Shown piece after piece: positions 8,974-18,547 of a stretch of 64,000 nt of DNA. Source of the DNA: an uncultured Candidatus Saccharibacteria bacterium (lineage in GTDB: Bacteria > Patescibacteriota > Minisyncoccia > Phycocordibacterales > UBA918); assembly GCA_964350735.1 (NCBI GenBank), contig CAYGKO010000004.1, forward strand, positions 83,583 through 147,582. The letters run 5' to 3'. The notes beneath the pieces are model-generated. The model saw only the letters and a list, made by a program, of their open reading frames with translations, ran no database searches and had not been told where the DNA came from. A program made the translations under genes and the position numbers. Each line of letters starts with the position of its first letter. Position 1 is the stretch's first letter.

Positions 8974-9489
8974 TTATTGAAACAATACAGCGTCAGGGCA
9001 AAAACTAAGACCAAGCTCCTGTCCCGCAAAAAACTCATTGACTCCAGCCCTGGTTCGTACTGATACGTCTAAAGAGCAAGCTGTCTCTTTATCTAGATTT
9101 AATGCTGATAAAAATGCCTGCTCTGCAACAACTCGCACCTCAGCTAGTGGCTCGGCCTCTAAGCTGATCTGGAAGTAATTATACGACTCATAGAACGTTA
9201 AGGCATAAGGTTCGTTTTCTACATCAAAACCACCCGCAAAAACCCAAGCATCGGTACCCACTTGATCAGCTCGTTCTTTCACATTTGTGATAGTAATTAA
9301 TTGACCTTCTTTATTTAAAATCATCAACGAAGTCTGCTCTCCTGGTACACCTGATGAGACTGGGGACGTGATATCAACAAAATCAACGGCTCTCGGTTCA
9401 GACACATCCACTGTGGTACGCAAGAAATAACTCACTATAACTATAAGCATCAGTATCCCAGCTACGATGACTAGTATATTTTTAAACAT
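8974..9489 (-). CDS. Hypothetical membrane-anchored protein (N-terminal TM helix); operon member
   Basis: Length is 171 aa. N-terminus ILVIVAGILMLIVIVSYFL. Gaps of 2-3 nt to both flanking genes. Confidence 0.55.
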   Translation of the reverse strand: MFKNILVIVAGILMLIVIVSYFLRTTVDVSEPRAVDFVDITSPVSSGVPGEQTSLMILNKEGQLITITNVKERADQVGTDAWVFAGGFDVENEPYALTFYESYNYFQISLEAEPLAEVRVVAEQAFLSALNLDKETACSLDVSVRTRAGVNEFFAGQELGLSFCPDAVLFQ

Positions 9490-9491
9490 AT

Positions 9492-10445
9492 TTATCTTAG
9501 TTTACACAGATTATTACGGGAAGTTTGCACACCACACTTTACCGCACTACAGGCCCAGTCACCTAAATCTCCCGACTGTTTAGCCAGCCTGATTGCTATT
9601 TGTTCATTACACTGAGGGTACTGAGCAGCTTTTGTTCGACACTCAGCAGCAAGAGCTTCTTTGCCGGACACTACGGCATATTTTTTAATGCCGTTTGAGC
9701 TGCGGCCATCTTCCTTGAACGCACTCGGGCAATCTAGGTTTAGTGGACCGTCAGGTGTATCACACTGTAATTTATGAACTGGGAGGTTGATTTGAAAGGT
9801 GCCTACTGAGTATCCACCTCCACCAGTAAGTTTATCAGTACCGCTCTCAGCCGTGGCGTTGCAACCACTCTCTTGACTCACAATTTTTGCCATATCGCCA
9901 GCAAAATCTCCCCAACCCCGACTTCGTAGAGCATCTTCACTACAAGGTCCCGATTTTGCAGCTACACAACTACCAGCTAAAGCGCTGGAGTTTCCAATAA
10001 AGCCTGTGCCTGATCGGTCCGCTAAGGGAACCTCAACTGGTCGGGTGGGATAAATACACTCCACCGTGCGCCAGTTTAAGGATGGATTACCGTCATCAAT
10101 CAAAACTCCAAACAAAAGATCGATGAAAAGAAACGCCGCTAAGATAATAATATATCCAATTGCCACATTAGTAATCATCTCCTTGGCTTTTTTGGCTGCA
10201 TCAGCATTTCCACCCGAGGTCAGCATTCGGAAGCCAGCAAATATAAACACTAATACTGCGATACTCGAAGCAAGCACGATAATAAACTGGATCAGATTAT
10301 TTACCAGCTGTACAAACTCACACGTACCACAACTCGATGGGTCGTTACCAGAACACTGCAGTGGCACTAGCTGTTCAGCCTGGACCAGCTCGGGAGTCAG
10401 TAACACCAACAGCAAGACGACGGGAATAATCAGAAATCTAAACAT
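9492..10445 (-). CDS. Secreted fusion protein: VirB2-like pilin module plus a family-1 lytic transglycosylase (VirB1/Slt-like) domain
   Basis: The likely true start is the internal ATG at 10445, which gives the signal peptide MFRFLIIPVVLLLVLLTPELVQA. The ORF track extends to 10658. Pilin-like hairpin LIQFIIVLASSIAVLVFIFAGFRMLTSGGNADAAKKAKEMITNVAIGYIIILAAF. Lytic-transglycosylase motifs IVSQESGCNATAE (E-S) and GYSVGTFQIN (GLMQ-like). Confidence 0.65.
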   Translation of the reverse strand: MFRFLIIPVVLLLVLLTPELVQAEQLVPLQCSGNDPSSCGTCEFVQLVNNLIQFIIVLASSIAVLVFIFAGFRMLTSGGNADAAKKAKEMITNVAIGYIIILAAFLFIDLLFGVLIDDGNPSLNWRTVECIYPTRPVEVPLADRSGTGFIGNSSALAGSCVAAKSGPCSEDALRSRGWGDFAGDMAKIVSQESGCNATAESGTDKLTGGGGYSVGTFQINLPVHKLQCDTPDGPLNLDCPSAFKEDGRSSNGIKKYAVVSGKEALAAECRTKAAQYPQCNEQIAIRLAKQSGDLGDWACSAVKCGVQTSRNNLCKLR

Positions 10446-10681
10446 ACGCGTAATAGTAAAATGGTAGCACACTACAGGAGGCTTTTCTCCGCCTCGAAGA
10501 TATGGTAGTTTATAGCACTTGTGAATGCTTGGAGGCCTAGCTACCAACGCACTCAGAAGCAAATGCGTCGGTGGCAGAAATAAAGCGGATAGCTTTATTT
10601 CAAAAATCGGAGCACGATGTGAGCTTGCGAACCAGTGCGACCACACTTTGTTTTGCAATTATAAAAATGAGTAGTCACTAC

Positions 10682-10764
10682 GCGTCGGTGGCGGAGCGGT
10701 CAATCGCGGCGGACTGTAAATCCGCTGACTTATGTCTACGCTGGTTCGAATCCAGCCCGGCGCA
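10682..10764 (+). tRNA. tRNA-Tyr(GTA)
   Basis: Acceptor GCGTCGG/CCGGCGC with one G-U pair; anticodon stem GCGGA, loop CTGTAAA; long variable arm; T-arm GCTGG-TTCGAAT-CCAGC. Confidence 0.8.
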
Positions 10765-10874
10765 CACAATAAAATTCACTCATATTGAACCAACTTTTAT
10801 TTTTTACTCCTTGGCATTTTTGTAATTTCACAGTAGAGTAGATTTAAACTGAATTTCTCAACCCGGAGGAACCC

Positions 10875-11393
10875 ATGATCTTTCGTTCTTTGACACTCGT
10901 CTTTATTCTTAGCATGCTCTGGCCAACTACAGCCTTAGCTTTGTGTGATTATCGAGCTATCTTCGATCAAAATTTAGCCCTAATCTTCGATGAAGAAGAT
11001 CCGAAAGCTGCACTCCCAGCCCTCGACCATGTCGCCATGACGAAAAGTGCGACGGACATGCGCGGGAGGTCACCGACACCAGAAGAATCCTTGATCGGTC
11101 TGGCAGCTTTGACCGAAATCATCACAAACAAAAAAGAAGGTGAAATTGTCAGTGGCACGGTTGTAGTCGACGAGGTGAAGTATGGAGGTGGTCCTCAAAT
11201 TCCTGGAGATCTGGAGGTGGCTGGAGGAAATCATCCTGGTGAACACACTTTTTATGTGCGTTTCAATAAGCGCACATGTCGAGTGACAGATGTGAACATC
11301 GGTATCTTCTATTCACTTCTAAGTCGACTTAGAAATCATGAAAGCATAAGAAGCATTCGTGATGAGGTTCATAAACAACAGACAAACCGCTGA
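10875..11393 (+). CDS. Secreted hypothetical protein
   Basis: Signal peptide MIFRSLTLVFILSMLWPTTALA. Length is 172 aa. An RBS-like ggagg lies 8 nt upstream. Confidence 0.55.
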   Translation: MIFRSLTLVFILSMLWPTTALALCDYRAIFDQNLALIFDEEDPKAALPALDHVAMTKSATDMRGRSPTPEESLIGLAALTEIITNKKEGEIVSGTVVVDEVKYGGGPQIPGDLEVAGGNHPGEHTFYVRFNKRTCRVTDVNIGIFYSLLSRLRNHESIRSIRDEVHKQQTNR

Positions 11394-11469
11394 ATCGTAT
11401 GAATCACAAAATAATCACACGCCGCCCACCCAGGGCGGCGACTTTTTTTATTTACTCTATAATAAGCTA

Positions 11470-12948
11470 ATGATTAATCTGATTGCGCGTCTGCAGCAAA
11501 AACCGTTGTTGCTCTGGAGCGCCTGCGGCGTCCTCCTCGGACTAGCGATGCTAAGTCCTCTGCTAAGTCTCTTACTGATTCCAGGTCTACTACTGTTTTT
11601 TTATGGACTAGATATAACTACGACACGGATCAATCTCTTTTGGTACAGCACTCTAGCCGGCACGCTCAAAAGCATGGGGGCGCTCGCTTGGCTGTGGCAG
11701 ATGGATCCGGCCGCTTGGCATGCCAGTACTCACACGGCAGCAAGTGTTGCAGTACTGTGCTTCTACTGGCTGTCTGCCTCACTCGTCATTGGACTTGGCC
11801 TGAGCTGCACCGTACTAGTATTTGTGTCGATCCGTAGATTTTCACCCTCCATCTGGTTAACCTTACCTTTATTGTGGGTACTTGGTGAAGCAATTGGATC
11901 AGCGCTGTTTTCACTATACTCCTGGGCGCCGCATATCCCACTGCACGCTGGCATGAGTTTCGGATATATCGGCTATCCGCTGGTACAGTTGCCGATCTTG
12001 ACTGGATTCGCAGTGTTAGGTGGTGTCTATGGTCTCGGACTGGTCACTGTCTTATGTGTATTACTGGTATACAAGCTATTGGTAACAAAACGAGCACCCG
12101 TCCTGCTCGCAGCACTTTGTGCGGTCTGCATACTTTCATATGCACTGACCACGTTACTTGTCACGACAGAACAACAAAACCGAACTGTATTGATAGCAGA
12201 AACAGACTACTCCCTCGCTTCTCTCAATACCCAGGCTGGTTTTGCTCGACGTACTGCCGAAGCCAAAAATATGGTACGAGACGCCTTACAGCTACAGTCT
12301 GACTACATCGTCTTACCTGAGCACAGCAATTTCACCAGAAACTTCTCTACTCCTCAAAAAGCCCTGACCTACATCGAGCAGCAAGCTTCATCTGAAGTTG
12401 TACTGATAGACACATTAGCCACCTCTTCAGTTAGAAACAAACGTACCCTGCGCTCGTACACATACACCACTAAAGACCCTCAGGTGTATGTTCAGGAAAA
12501 ATCATACTTAGTGCCACATGGTGAATACTTACCGGTGTATCATCAGTTATTTTTAGAGTTATTTACCCCTCGAACTACTTGGGAGAAATTTGTCCAAAAC
12601 AAAAACTTCCTTCCTCGCACTATCAACACTCTAAACCCTGACTTGAGGCTACCTAGTGTACTTTTCTGTTACGAAAGTCTCGTACCCTGGCAAGCAAAAA
12701 ACCTAGCTATCCGCTCTGAGATACCATTCATTGCTCATACTGTCTCCCATGGTTGGTTTAAAGGAGCTTCAATTTTAGAACATCAACAATCTTTAATGTT
12801 GCGCACTCAGGCAATATTTAGTCAAACTCACATTATTCAAGCCACAAATATGGGTCCGCATGCAGTATACGAACCAACTGGTCAAGTTTCATATGGAGAA
12901 TTAGTCAGTCAGTCTGGACTCTGGCGACTCTACACAATAGACATTTAG
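11470..12948 (+). CDS. lnt: Apolipoprotein N-acyltransferase-like protein: polytopic N-terminal domain plus a CN-hydrolase domain
   Basis: Multi-TM N-terminal region, then catalytic-Cys motif VLFCYESLVPW (the Lnt ICYE motif) and IVLPEHSNF. Start chosen at the MINLIARLQQKPLLLWSACG methionine; the ORF track starts at 11359. Confidence 0.65.
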   Translation: MINLIARLQQKPLLLWSACGVLLGLAMLSPLLSLLLIPGLLLFFYGLDITTTRINLFWYSTLAGTLKSMGALAWLWQMDPAAWHASTHTAASVAVLCFYWLSASLVIGLGLSCTVLVFVSIRRFSPSIWLTLPLLWVLGEAIGSALFSLYSWAPHIPLHAGMSFGYIGYPLVQLPILTGFAVLGGVYGLGLVTVLCVLLVYKLLVTKRAPVLLAALCAVCILSYALTTLLVTTEQQNRTVLIAETDYSLASLNTQAGFARRTAEAKNMVRDALQLQSDYIVLPEHSNFTRNFSTPQKALTYIEQQASSEVVLIDTLATSSVRNKRTLRSYTYTTKDPQVYVQEKSYLVPHGEYLPVYHQLFLELFTPRTTWEKFVQNKNFLPRTINTLNPDLRLPSVLFCYESLVPWQAKNLAIRSEIPFIAHTVSHGWFKGASILEHQQSLMLRTQAIFSQTHIIQATNMGPHAVYEPTGQVSYGELVSQSGLWRLYTIDI

Positions 12949-13021
12949 ACACTTGTGAGTCTTATATTATAAATAATTCGGTATATACTAAAGAAAATTA
13001 CTCAAATATAAACCAATACGT

Positions 13022-14341
13022 ATGTATAGCTCTGCCATCCAAATATCAAACCGAAAATTACTGGTGCTACTAATTTTTACCTGTCTGTTTTACACCCCAA
13101 TAGCAAGCCACGCGGGTGGTGGTGGTGAAGGTGGAGATGCAGATAGTACCGGAGGGATGGCAACAGCTGGAACAGGACCGACTGGCTTCTCTGGGATGGT
13201 CGATAGCGCTATCGGAGCCATTGGAGACGCAGCCAGTGCTGTTGGTGATGCCGCTAGTGACGCAGCTAGCGCTGTTGGTGCTGCTTTTGGCGGAGGAAGC
13301 CAAGGTAGTACCAGAGGCGGTGGCGGATCAGACTCAGGCGCAGCTAACGGAAGCTCTGGCATTGGCGCGTATGGTGGTGGGGCTGATACACCTGGAACCT
13401 CTGGAGGGAATGACGGAGCTGGAGGTGGCAGTTTTGGCGCCAGTCGTCGTGCCACCCCGCCACCTCCGCCGCCAGTTGAACGAGCGGCGGAACTAGAAGC
13501 AATCACAGCCGGAGCCTTTACTATCAATGACACGACTACGTTCTCTGGCTCAATTGTAAATACTGGAAACTCAGTTGCAAAAGCCTTAAATCCTAACGTC
13601 CGCAAAATAAACAATCGTCTTCTTGTTGACTATACTTGTGACGGCACTGTCGACAAACGACAGCAGTTCGAAACTGATTTTGAACTCTTGCGAACCGGAC
13701 GAAATAACACCATCTCATTCTCTGCTTCAGAAACAGAAATCCCAAACGGAAATCATTGTTTTAGCTTTACTATTGATTTAGACGAAAAATATACTGACAC
13801 AAACAGACAAAATAACAAAACGCAATTTGAAAACTTTTCTGTCCAAAATCTTATCACTACTGCCACTGGCGTTGGTGACACACTCACAACGGGAGACAAC
13901 GATCAGGCAGCAGTGGCTCAAAACCCAGACGCAGTGGTTGTAGACGCTACTCCAGCTGTTGTAAATACTAGCAACGGGGTAACAACTGACATCACTGATG
14001 CACCTCCCCTACTCTTTCAAATCAGAACCAGGAAGGTTAGCAACGAAAGCACCGGACAGCTATCTACGGTCACAGACTGGACATCAGACGATGTCAGCGT
14101 TCGTACCGATGAAACTATTTCAGTCAAATGGAACGCCCCCGGCTACGAAATCTGCTTCCCTTTCATTTTCCAAGATGGTTTCTCGAACAAGATCGCAGTT
14201 GGAGCAACTAGTGCCAATACCGAAGTGGCAGGAGTTGCTGTACGACTAGTGAATGGTGCTTACCGCATCAAATGCACCACCGATGATAACCTTGATGCTG
14301 AACAAAGTATCGCTGTCACAGTCATACAGGACTCGGAATAA
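13022..14341 (+). CDS. Secreted Gly/Ala/Ser-rich surface protein with a poly-Pro linker and a C-terminal beta-rich domain
   Basis: Signal peptide LLVLLIFTCLFYTPIASHA. GGGGEGG and GDAASAVGDAAS repeats. PPPPPPV linker. C-terminal 280 aa of normal composition. Confidence 0.7.
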   Translation: MYSSAIQISNRKLLVLLIFTCLFYTPIASHAGGGGEGGDADSTGGMATAGTGPTGFSGMVDSAIGAIGDAASAVGDAASDAASAVGAAFGGGSQGSTRGGGGSDSGAANGSSGIGAYGGGADTPGTSGGNDGAGGGSFGASRRATPPPPPPVERAAELEAITAGAFTINDTTTFSGSIVNTGNSVAKALNPNVRKINNRLLVDYTCDGTVDKRQQFETDFELLRTGRNNTISFSASETEIPNGNHCFSFTIDLDEKYTDTNRQNNKTQFENFSVQNLITTATGVGDTLTTGDNDQAAVAQNPDAVVVDATPAVVNTSNGVTTDITDAPPLLFQIRTRKVSNESTGQLSTVTDWTSDDVSVRTDETISVKWNAPGYEICFPFIFQDGFSNKIAVGATSANTEVAGVAVRLVNGAYRIKCTTDDNLDAEQSIAVTVIQDSE

Positions 14342-14362
14342 CAAATAAACTGCGCATATAAA

Positions 14363-14396
14363 GAAAAGACTCACTAGTTGGTGAGTCTTTTCTTTT
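14363..14396. terminator. Bidirectional terminator between the surface-protein gene and clpB
   Basis: aaaagactcac-tagttg-gtgagtcttttctttt. Confidence 0.75.
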
Positions 14397-14402
14397 AGAT
14401 AA

Positions 14403-17102
14403 TTATGCTGCCACTAACTCCTTTTTACGCTTTGATACTTTTCTAGTCGTTGGTTTCCGTTTTGATTTCTTTTTAATATCGAATTGCAGTTCGTCTTTTT
14501 TCATACTCACTTTTACAGTACCGCCCTGCAACATCCCTTCGCCCACCATCATATTAGCTACCGGCGTAAGAATGCGACTCTGGATCACTCGCTTCAGGGG
14601 TCGAGCACCCATCTTCGGGTCATACCCTTCTTGAGCGATATACTCCAACACATCTTTGGTGACTGTGAGCGAAATGTCTTTAGCTCCAAGTCGCTTCACC
14701 ACTTCTCCTACTTGGATTTCTACAATAGACCGAATGGTCTCTGGTGACAGAATATCGAAGAGGATAATTTCGTCGAGACGGTTGAGGAATTCAGGTCGGA
14801 AATAATCTTTCAAACTATCAATCACTTTATCTTTAGCCTGCACATACTGTGCAGTGTCACCTCGGTCTTCTGAGAACCCAAAATTCGACATCCGATCGAT
14901 GTGTTCAGCCCCAATGTTTGAAGTCATGATAATGATGGTATTGCGGAAGTTTACCTTTCGCCCCTTAGCATCAGTCAAATGCCCTGAATCAAGTACTTGC
15001 AGTAAAATATTGAATACTTCAGGATGAGCCTTTTCCACTTCATCAAGCAAGATCACCGAATACGGCCGGTGCCGCACGCGCTCGGTGAATGAACCACCCT
15101 CTTCATGTCCGACATATCCCGGCGGTGAACCAATTAATTTACTAATGGCATGCTTCTCCATAAATTCTGACATATCCACCCGCAAGAGCGCGTCAGGATC
15201 GTCAAACATAAATTCTGCCAATGCTCTTGAAAGCTCTGTTTTCCCGACTCCGGTGGGCCCGAGGAATAAGAACGAGCCAATTGGTCGATTTGGATCGGCG
15301 ATTCCAGCTCGTGAACGCTTGACTGCGTTGGCTACTAGATTCACCGCTTGGTTTTGCCCCACCACCTGCACTTCGAGATCTTCTTCCATGCGTGAAAGCT
15401 TAGCTGCTTCTGCTTCAAGCATCCGCGCGGCAGGAATACCCGTCCAGCGCGATACCACCGTTGCTATGTCTTCCTCTGTAATTTCTTCTTTGAGCAACTT
15501 ACGACTGCGCTGCAATTTCTTCAGTCGCTTAGTCTTTGCCTCGAAGTCTTTTTCAACTGACGGAATAGTGTCGTATCGAATCTCAGCTGCTCGAGTGAGG
15601 TCCGCCATCGCTTCGGCAGATTCAGCTTCGAGACGTAATTCTTCTAGTTCTTTTTTCAGTCGACTGATTTCTCCCAGCGCATCTTTTTCATTATTCCATT
15701 TTGTCTCAAGTGCTTTAGTAGTTTCTTTCAATTCGCCGATTTCACTATTGATCTCTTTAAGGCGGCTTTTAAGCTTTTTCTTGTCTTCGGCAGTTTCTTC
15801 TTCCTTCTTTAAAGCTTCTTTTTCAATCTCCAAACGACGTACTTGCCGATCGGCCACCACTAATTCTTCCGGCTTGTTTTCAAGTGAGATTCTGAGCGCA
15901 GCTGCTGCCTCATCAATGAGATCAATCGCTTTGTCAGGCAAGAATCGTTCAGAGATGTAACGACTTGATAACGTAACTGCCGAAATAATCGCGTCATCTG
16001 TGATCCGCACCCCATGGAACAATTCATACTTCTCTGCAATACCTCGTAAAATAGCAATCGCATCTTCTAGATTTGGCTCATTTACCATTACAGGCTGAAA
16101 CCGTCGTGTCAGGGCTGGATCTTTCTCGATATGCTTTTGGTATTCCTTGAGTGTCGTCGCACCAATGATGCGCATCTCACCTCGAGCCAATGCTGGTTTC
16201 AACATATTACTCGCATCCATTGAGCCTTCGGCTTGTCCGGCTCCCACAATAGTGTGTAACTCATCAATAAACAGAATCACTCGACCTTCCGACTGCTCAA
16301 TTTCTTTCATGACATTCTTCAGTCGATCTTCAAACTCACCGCGGAACTTAGTTCCAGCCACCAAGAGACCGAGATCAAGAGATAAAATTTCTTTATCTTT
16401 GACTGACTCAGGAACTACACCTTGAGCGATTTGTTGGGCTAAACCTTCAGCGATAGCTGTTTTTCCAACTCCGGCTTCTCCGATTAGCACCGGGTTATTT
16501 TTGGTCCGGCGCGACAGGATCTGTACCACTCGCTGCACTTCTGCATCTCGTCCAATCACTGGATCGAGCTTGTTGTCTTGCGCGAGCTTAGTGAGATTTC
16601 GGGTGTACTTAGTAAGAGCTCGAAATTGCTTTGGTTGTTCTGCTTCACTAATACCGCCTTCACGGATTTCTTGCAACGCATTTGCTACTTGATCTTTTTT
16701 AATACCTGAACGTTGTAGCACTTCAATCGCTGGACCCGGATATTCAAGCGCACTTAAAAATAGATGTTCAACCCCTACATACGAATCTCCAAGCTCTTGA
16801 GCTGCTTCACCAGCCTGTTCAAGTGCTTTTGCCAAATCTGGAGTGAGATACAGCTGATACGATTGTGATACTGAGGAGTTCATTTCTGAACCTTCGAGAG
16901 CTTCTATCAAAAGATCAGTAAAAACGATAATATCGATATCAAGCCGATCAAGCACTGAGATGACCGTACTTTCGTCTTGCATAGCAAGTGCCGTCAATAA
17001 ATGAACGGGGCTAACGTGATTTTGACCACGCTCAATGGCCAGCTCATGCGCTTTTCGGATCGCCTCTTTCGCTCGGGATGTAAAATTGTGAAAATTAGGC
17101 AT
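14403..17102 (-). CDS. clpB: ATP-dependent chaperone ClpB
   Basis: Length is 899 aa. Two AAA+ modules (GEAGVGKT and GPTGVGKT Walker A boxes). Long coiled-coil M-domain between NBD1 and NBD2. N-terminal Clp_N repeats. Confidence 0.95.
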   Translation of the reverse strand: MPNFHNFTSRAKEAIRKAHELAIERGQNHVSPVHLLTALAMQDESTVISVLDRLDIDIIVFTDLLIEALEGSEMNSSVSQSYQLYLTPDLAKALEQAGEAAQELGDSYVGVEHLFLSALEYPGPAIEVLQRSGIKKDQVANALQEIREGGISEAEQPKQFRALTKYTRNLTKLAQDNKLDPVIGRDAEVQRVVQILSRRTKNNPVLIGEAGVGKTAIAEGLAQQIAQGVVPESVKDKEILSLDLGLLVAGTKFRGEFEDRLKNVMKEIEQSEGRVILFIDELHTIVGAGQAEGSMDASNMLKPALARGEMRIIGATTLKEYQKHIEKDPALTRRFQPVMVNEPNLEDAIAILRGIAEKYELFHGVRITDDAIISAVTLSSRYISERFLPDKAIDLIDEAAAALRISLENKPEELVVADRQVRRLEIEKEALKKEEETAEDKKKLKSRLKEINSEIGELKETTKALETKWNNEKDALGEISRLKKELEELRLEAESAEAMADLTRAAEIRYDTIPSVEKDFEAKTKRLKKLQRSRKLLKEEITEEDIATVVSRWTGIPAARMLEAEAAKLSRMEEDLEVQVVGQNQAVNLVANAVKRSRAGIADPNRPIGSFLFLGPTGVGKTELSRALAEFMFDDPDALLRVDMSEFMEKHAISKLIGSPPGYVGHEEGGSFTERVRHRPYSVILLDEVEKAHPEVFNILLQVLDSGHLTDAKGRKVNFRNTIIIMTSNIGAEHIDRMSNFGFSEDRGDTAQYVQAKDKVIDSLKDYFRPEFLNRLDEIILFDILSPETIRSIVEIQVGEVVKRLGAKDISLTVTKDVLEYIAQEGYDPKMGARPLKRVIQSRILTPVANMMVGEGMLQGGTVKVSMKKDELQFDIKKKSKRKPTTRKVSKRKKELVAA

Positions 17103-17210
17103 AGTTTCAGGATTATTTGTTCATTATACGACACTGAAGTTCAGGATCAGCCGCTTATGCAGTCAGTCAGTCGTATGCATTAATACGCATCGTATAAAGC
17201 TATATTGCAT

Positions 17211-18437
17211 CTATTTAGTAGTCGAGTCAAATGATTGCATCGCCTGGTAGTGTGCCTGGAGTATATTGGCAATTTTTGTGGCATTTTTGACTGAAAGTGC
17301 AGTATCCGAACCAAGCGAAAATCGAATAGTAGAGCTGGCTCTAGTGGTGTCGTCAGTGATAGCTTTTACCACCGCACTTTCTCCACTACCTGCTCCACTG
17401 CAGGCTGATTTGGTGCTCGCAGCAATGCCATTTTTATCGAGTACGACAACGGCAAATTCACTATCAATTCCCGGGAGGGAAATATTTAAGTTGTTCGGTA
17501 GACGAACATCACTCAAGATATCAGACCCATTAAGCTCAGCCGCTGGCACGTGCTGCTTGATGTGCTGCCATAACAGCGCATTTTCTTGCCGTACCCGCTC
17601 TGCCACTGTCTTCCATTCAGACTGGGCCAGGGCGATTGCTGTAGCGGTTCCAACTATTCCCGCTGTGTTTTCGGTACCAGCGCGCAACCCTGACTCTTGT
17701 CCGCCACCAAGTACAATTCCTTTAAGTTGTATATTTCTACCCGCCAACACCCCCACCCCTTTAGGCCCCTGACATTTGCCAGCATCAAGCGTCATCATAT
17801 CGACACCGAGCTGTGTCATCTGGCACGAGAGCCAAAGTGGTGCCTGACTGGCGTCGAGATGGGTTTTGATACTCGTCTGGTGATCAGCATTGTATTTCCG
17901 AATCGATCTCGTTATTCGCTTCACTGGTTGCACCGTACCAATCTCGCTGTTGGCGTACGCAAATGTAACCAACCGAGTCTTTGGACTTATAAGTGCTTGC
18001 AGTGACGCTTCGACAATCACTCCTTCAGAACTGAGGTCAACATACCGTACCAAGACCCCAATTGATTCCAGGTGTACTAATACTTCAAGTACTGAAGGAT
18101 GTTCAATCTTAGTTGAGATGATCTCAATCTCACCATAAGGCACCTGCTCTACTTCGTGTAGGTGTCGGACATATCCGTATAGAGCCAAGTTATTAGACTC
18201 TGAACCCGAAGCAGTAAAGGTAACCTCATTCGGTCGGATTCCTAATGCGCGGGCTATTTTAAGCCGAGCATCAGCCACGGCAATTGCCGCCTGCTGTCCT
18301 TCAGCATGGATTGCACTAGCATTGCCAAACTGTTCAGCAAAATACGGCTGCATTGCAGTACGCACTTCAGCCCGTACTGGTGTCGCCGCAGCATTATCAA
18401 GATATATTCGTTTTTGAGCTTGCCGCCGCCATTTCAT
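17211..18437 (-). CDS. Cysteine desulfurase (class V aminotransferase, IscS/NifS-like)
   Basis: The start MKWRRQAQKRIYLDNAAATPV matches IscS N-termini; the ORF track extends 18 aa further to 18491. Conserved SGSESNNLAL is present. The region around ...STKSACSGAGSGES... is consistent with the catalytic-Cys loop. Confidence 0.85.
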   Translation of the reverse strand: MKWRRQAQKRIYLDNAAATPVRAEVRTAMQPYFAEQFGNASAIHAEGQQAAIAVADARLKIARALGIRPNEVTFTASGSESNNLALYGYVRHLHEVEQVPYGEIEIISTKIEHPSVLEVLVHLESIGVLVRYVDLSSEGVIVEASLQALISPKTRLVTFAYANSEIGTVQPVKRITRSIRKYNADHQTSIKTHLDASQAPLWLSCQMTQLGVDMMTLDAGKCQGPKGVGVLAGRNIQLKGIVLGGGQESGLRAGTENTAGIVGTATAIALAQSEWKTVAERVRQENALLWQHIKQHVPAAELNGSDILSDVRLPNNLNISLPGIDSEFAVVVLDKNGIAASTKSACSGAGSGESAVVKAITDDTTRASSTIRFSLGSDTALSVKNATKIANILQAHYQAMQSFDSTTK

Positions 18438-18547
18438 CGACGAACTATAGCATGTTTCTAAATGGTTAGATATGTGGTATAGTTCGCGCATTATAAGGCC
18501 TAAATCCAGGCTTTTTCATTTCGTTACTAGTTTAAATCACATCGATC

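Noticed and set aside
10566-10578. 13-nt copy of the tRNA-Tyr 5' end (gcgtcggtggcag) 116 nt upstream of the tRNA
   Set aside because: It is too short to distinguish from chance. It is noted only as a weak echo of the tRNA-fragment theme.
10571-10825. 84-aa plus-strand ORF
   Set aside because: It overlaps tRNA-Tyr (10682-10764). Spurious.
13090-13614. 174-aa and 126-aa ORFs overlapping the 5' part of the Gly-rich gene
   Set aside because: They are alternative frames of a GC-rich, GGN-repeat region. The plus-strand frame with signal peptide and a continuous 439-aa product is far more plausible.
15085-15960. 291-aa Ser-rich ORF antisense to clpB
   Set aside because: It lies entirely inside the well-supported clpB CDS. 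Its low-complexity Ser/Arg composition is typical of an antisense frame of a Glu/Lys-rich coiled-coil region.
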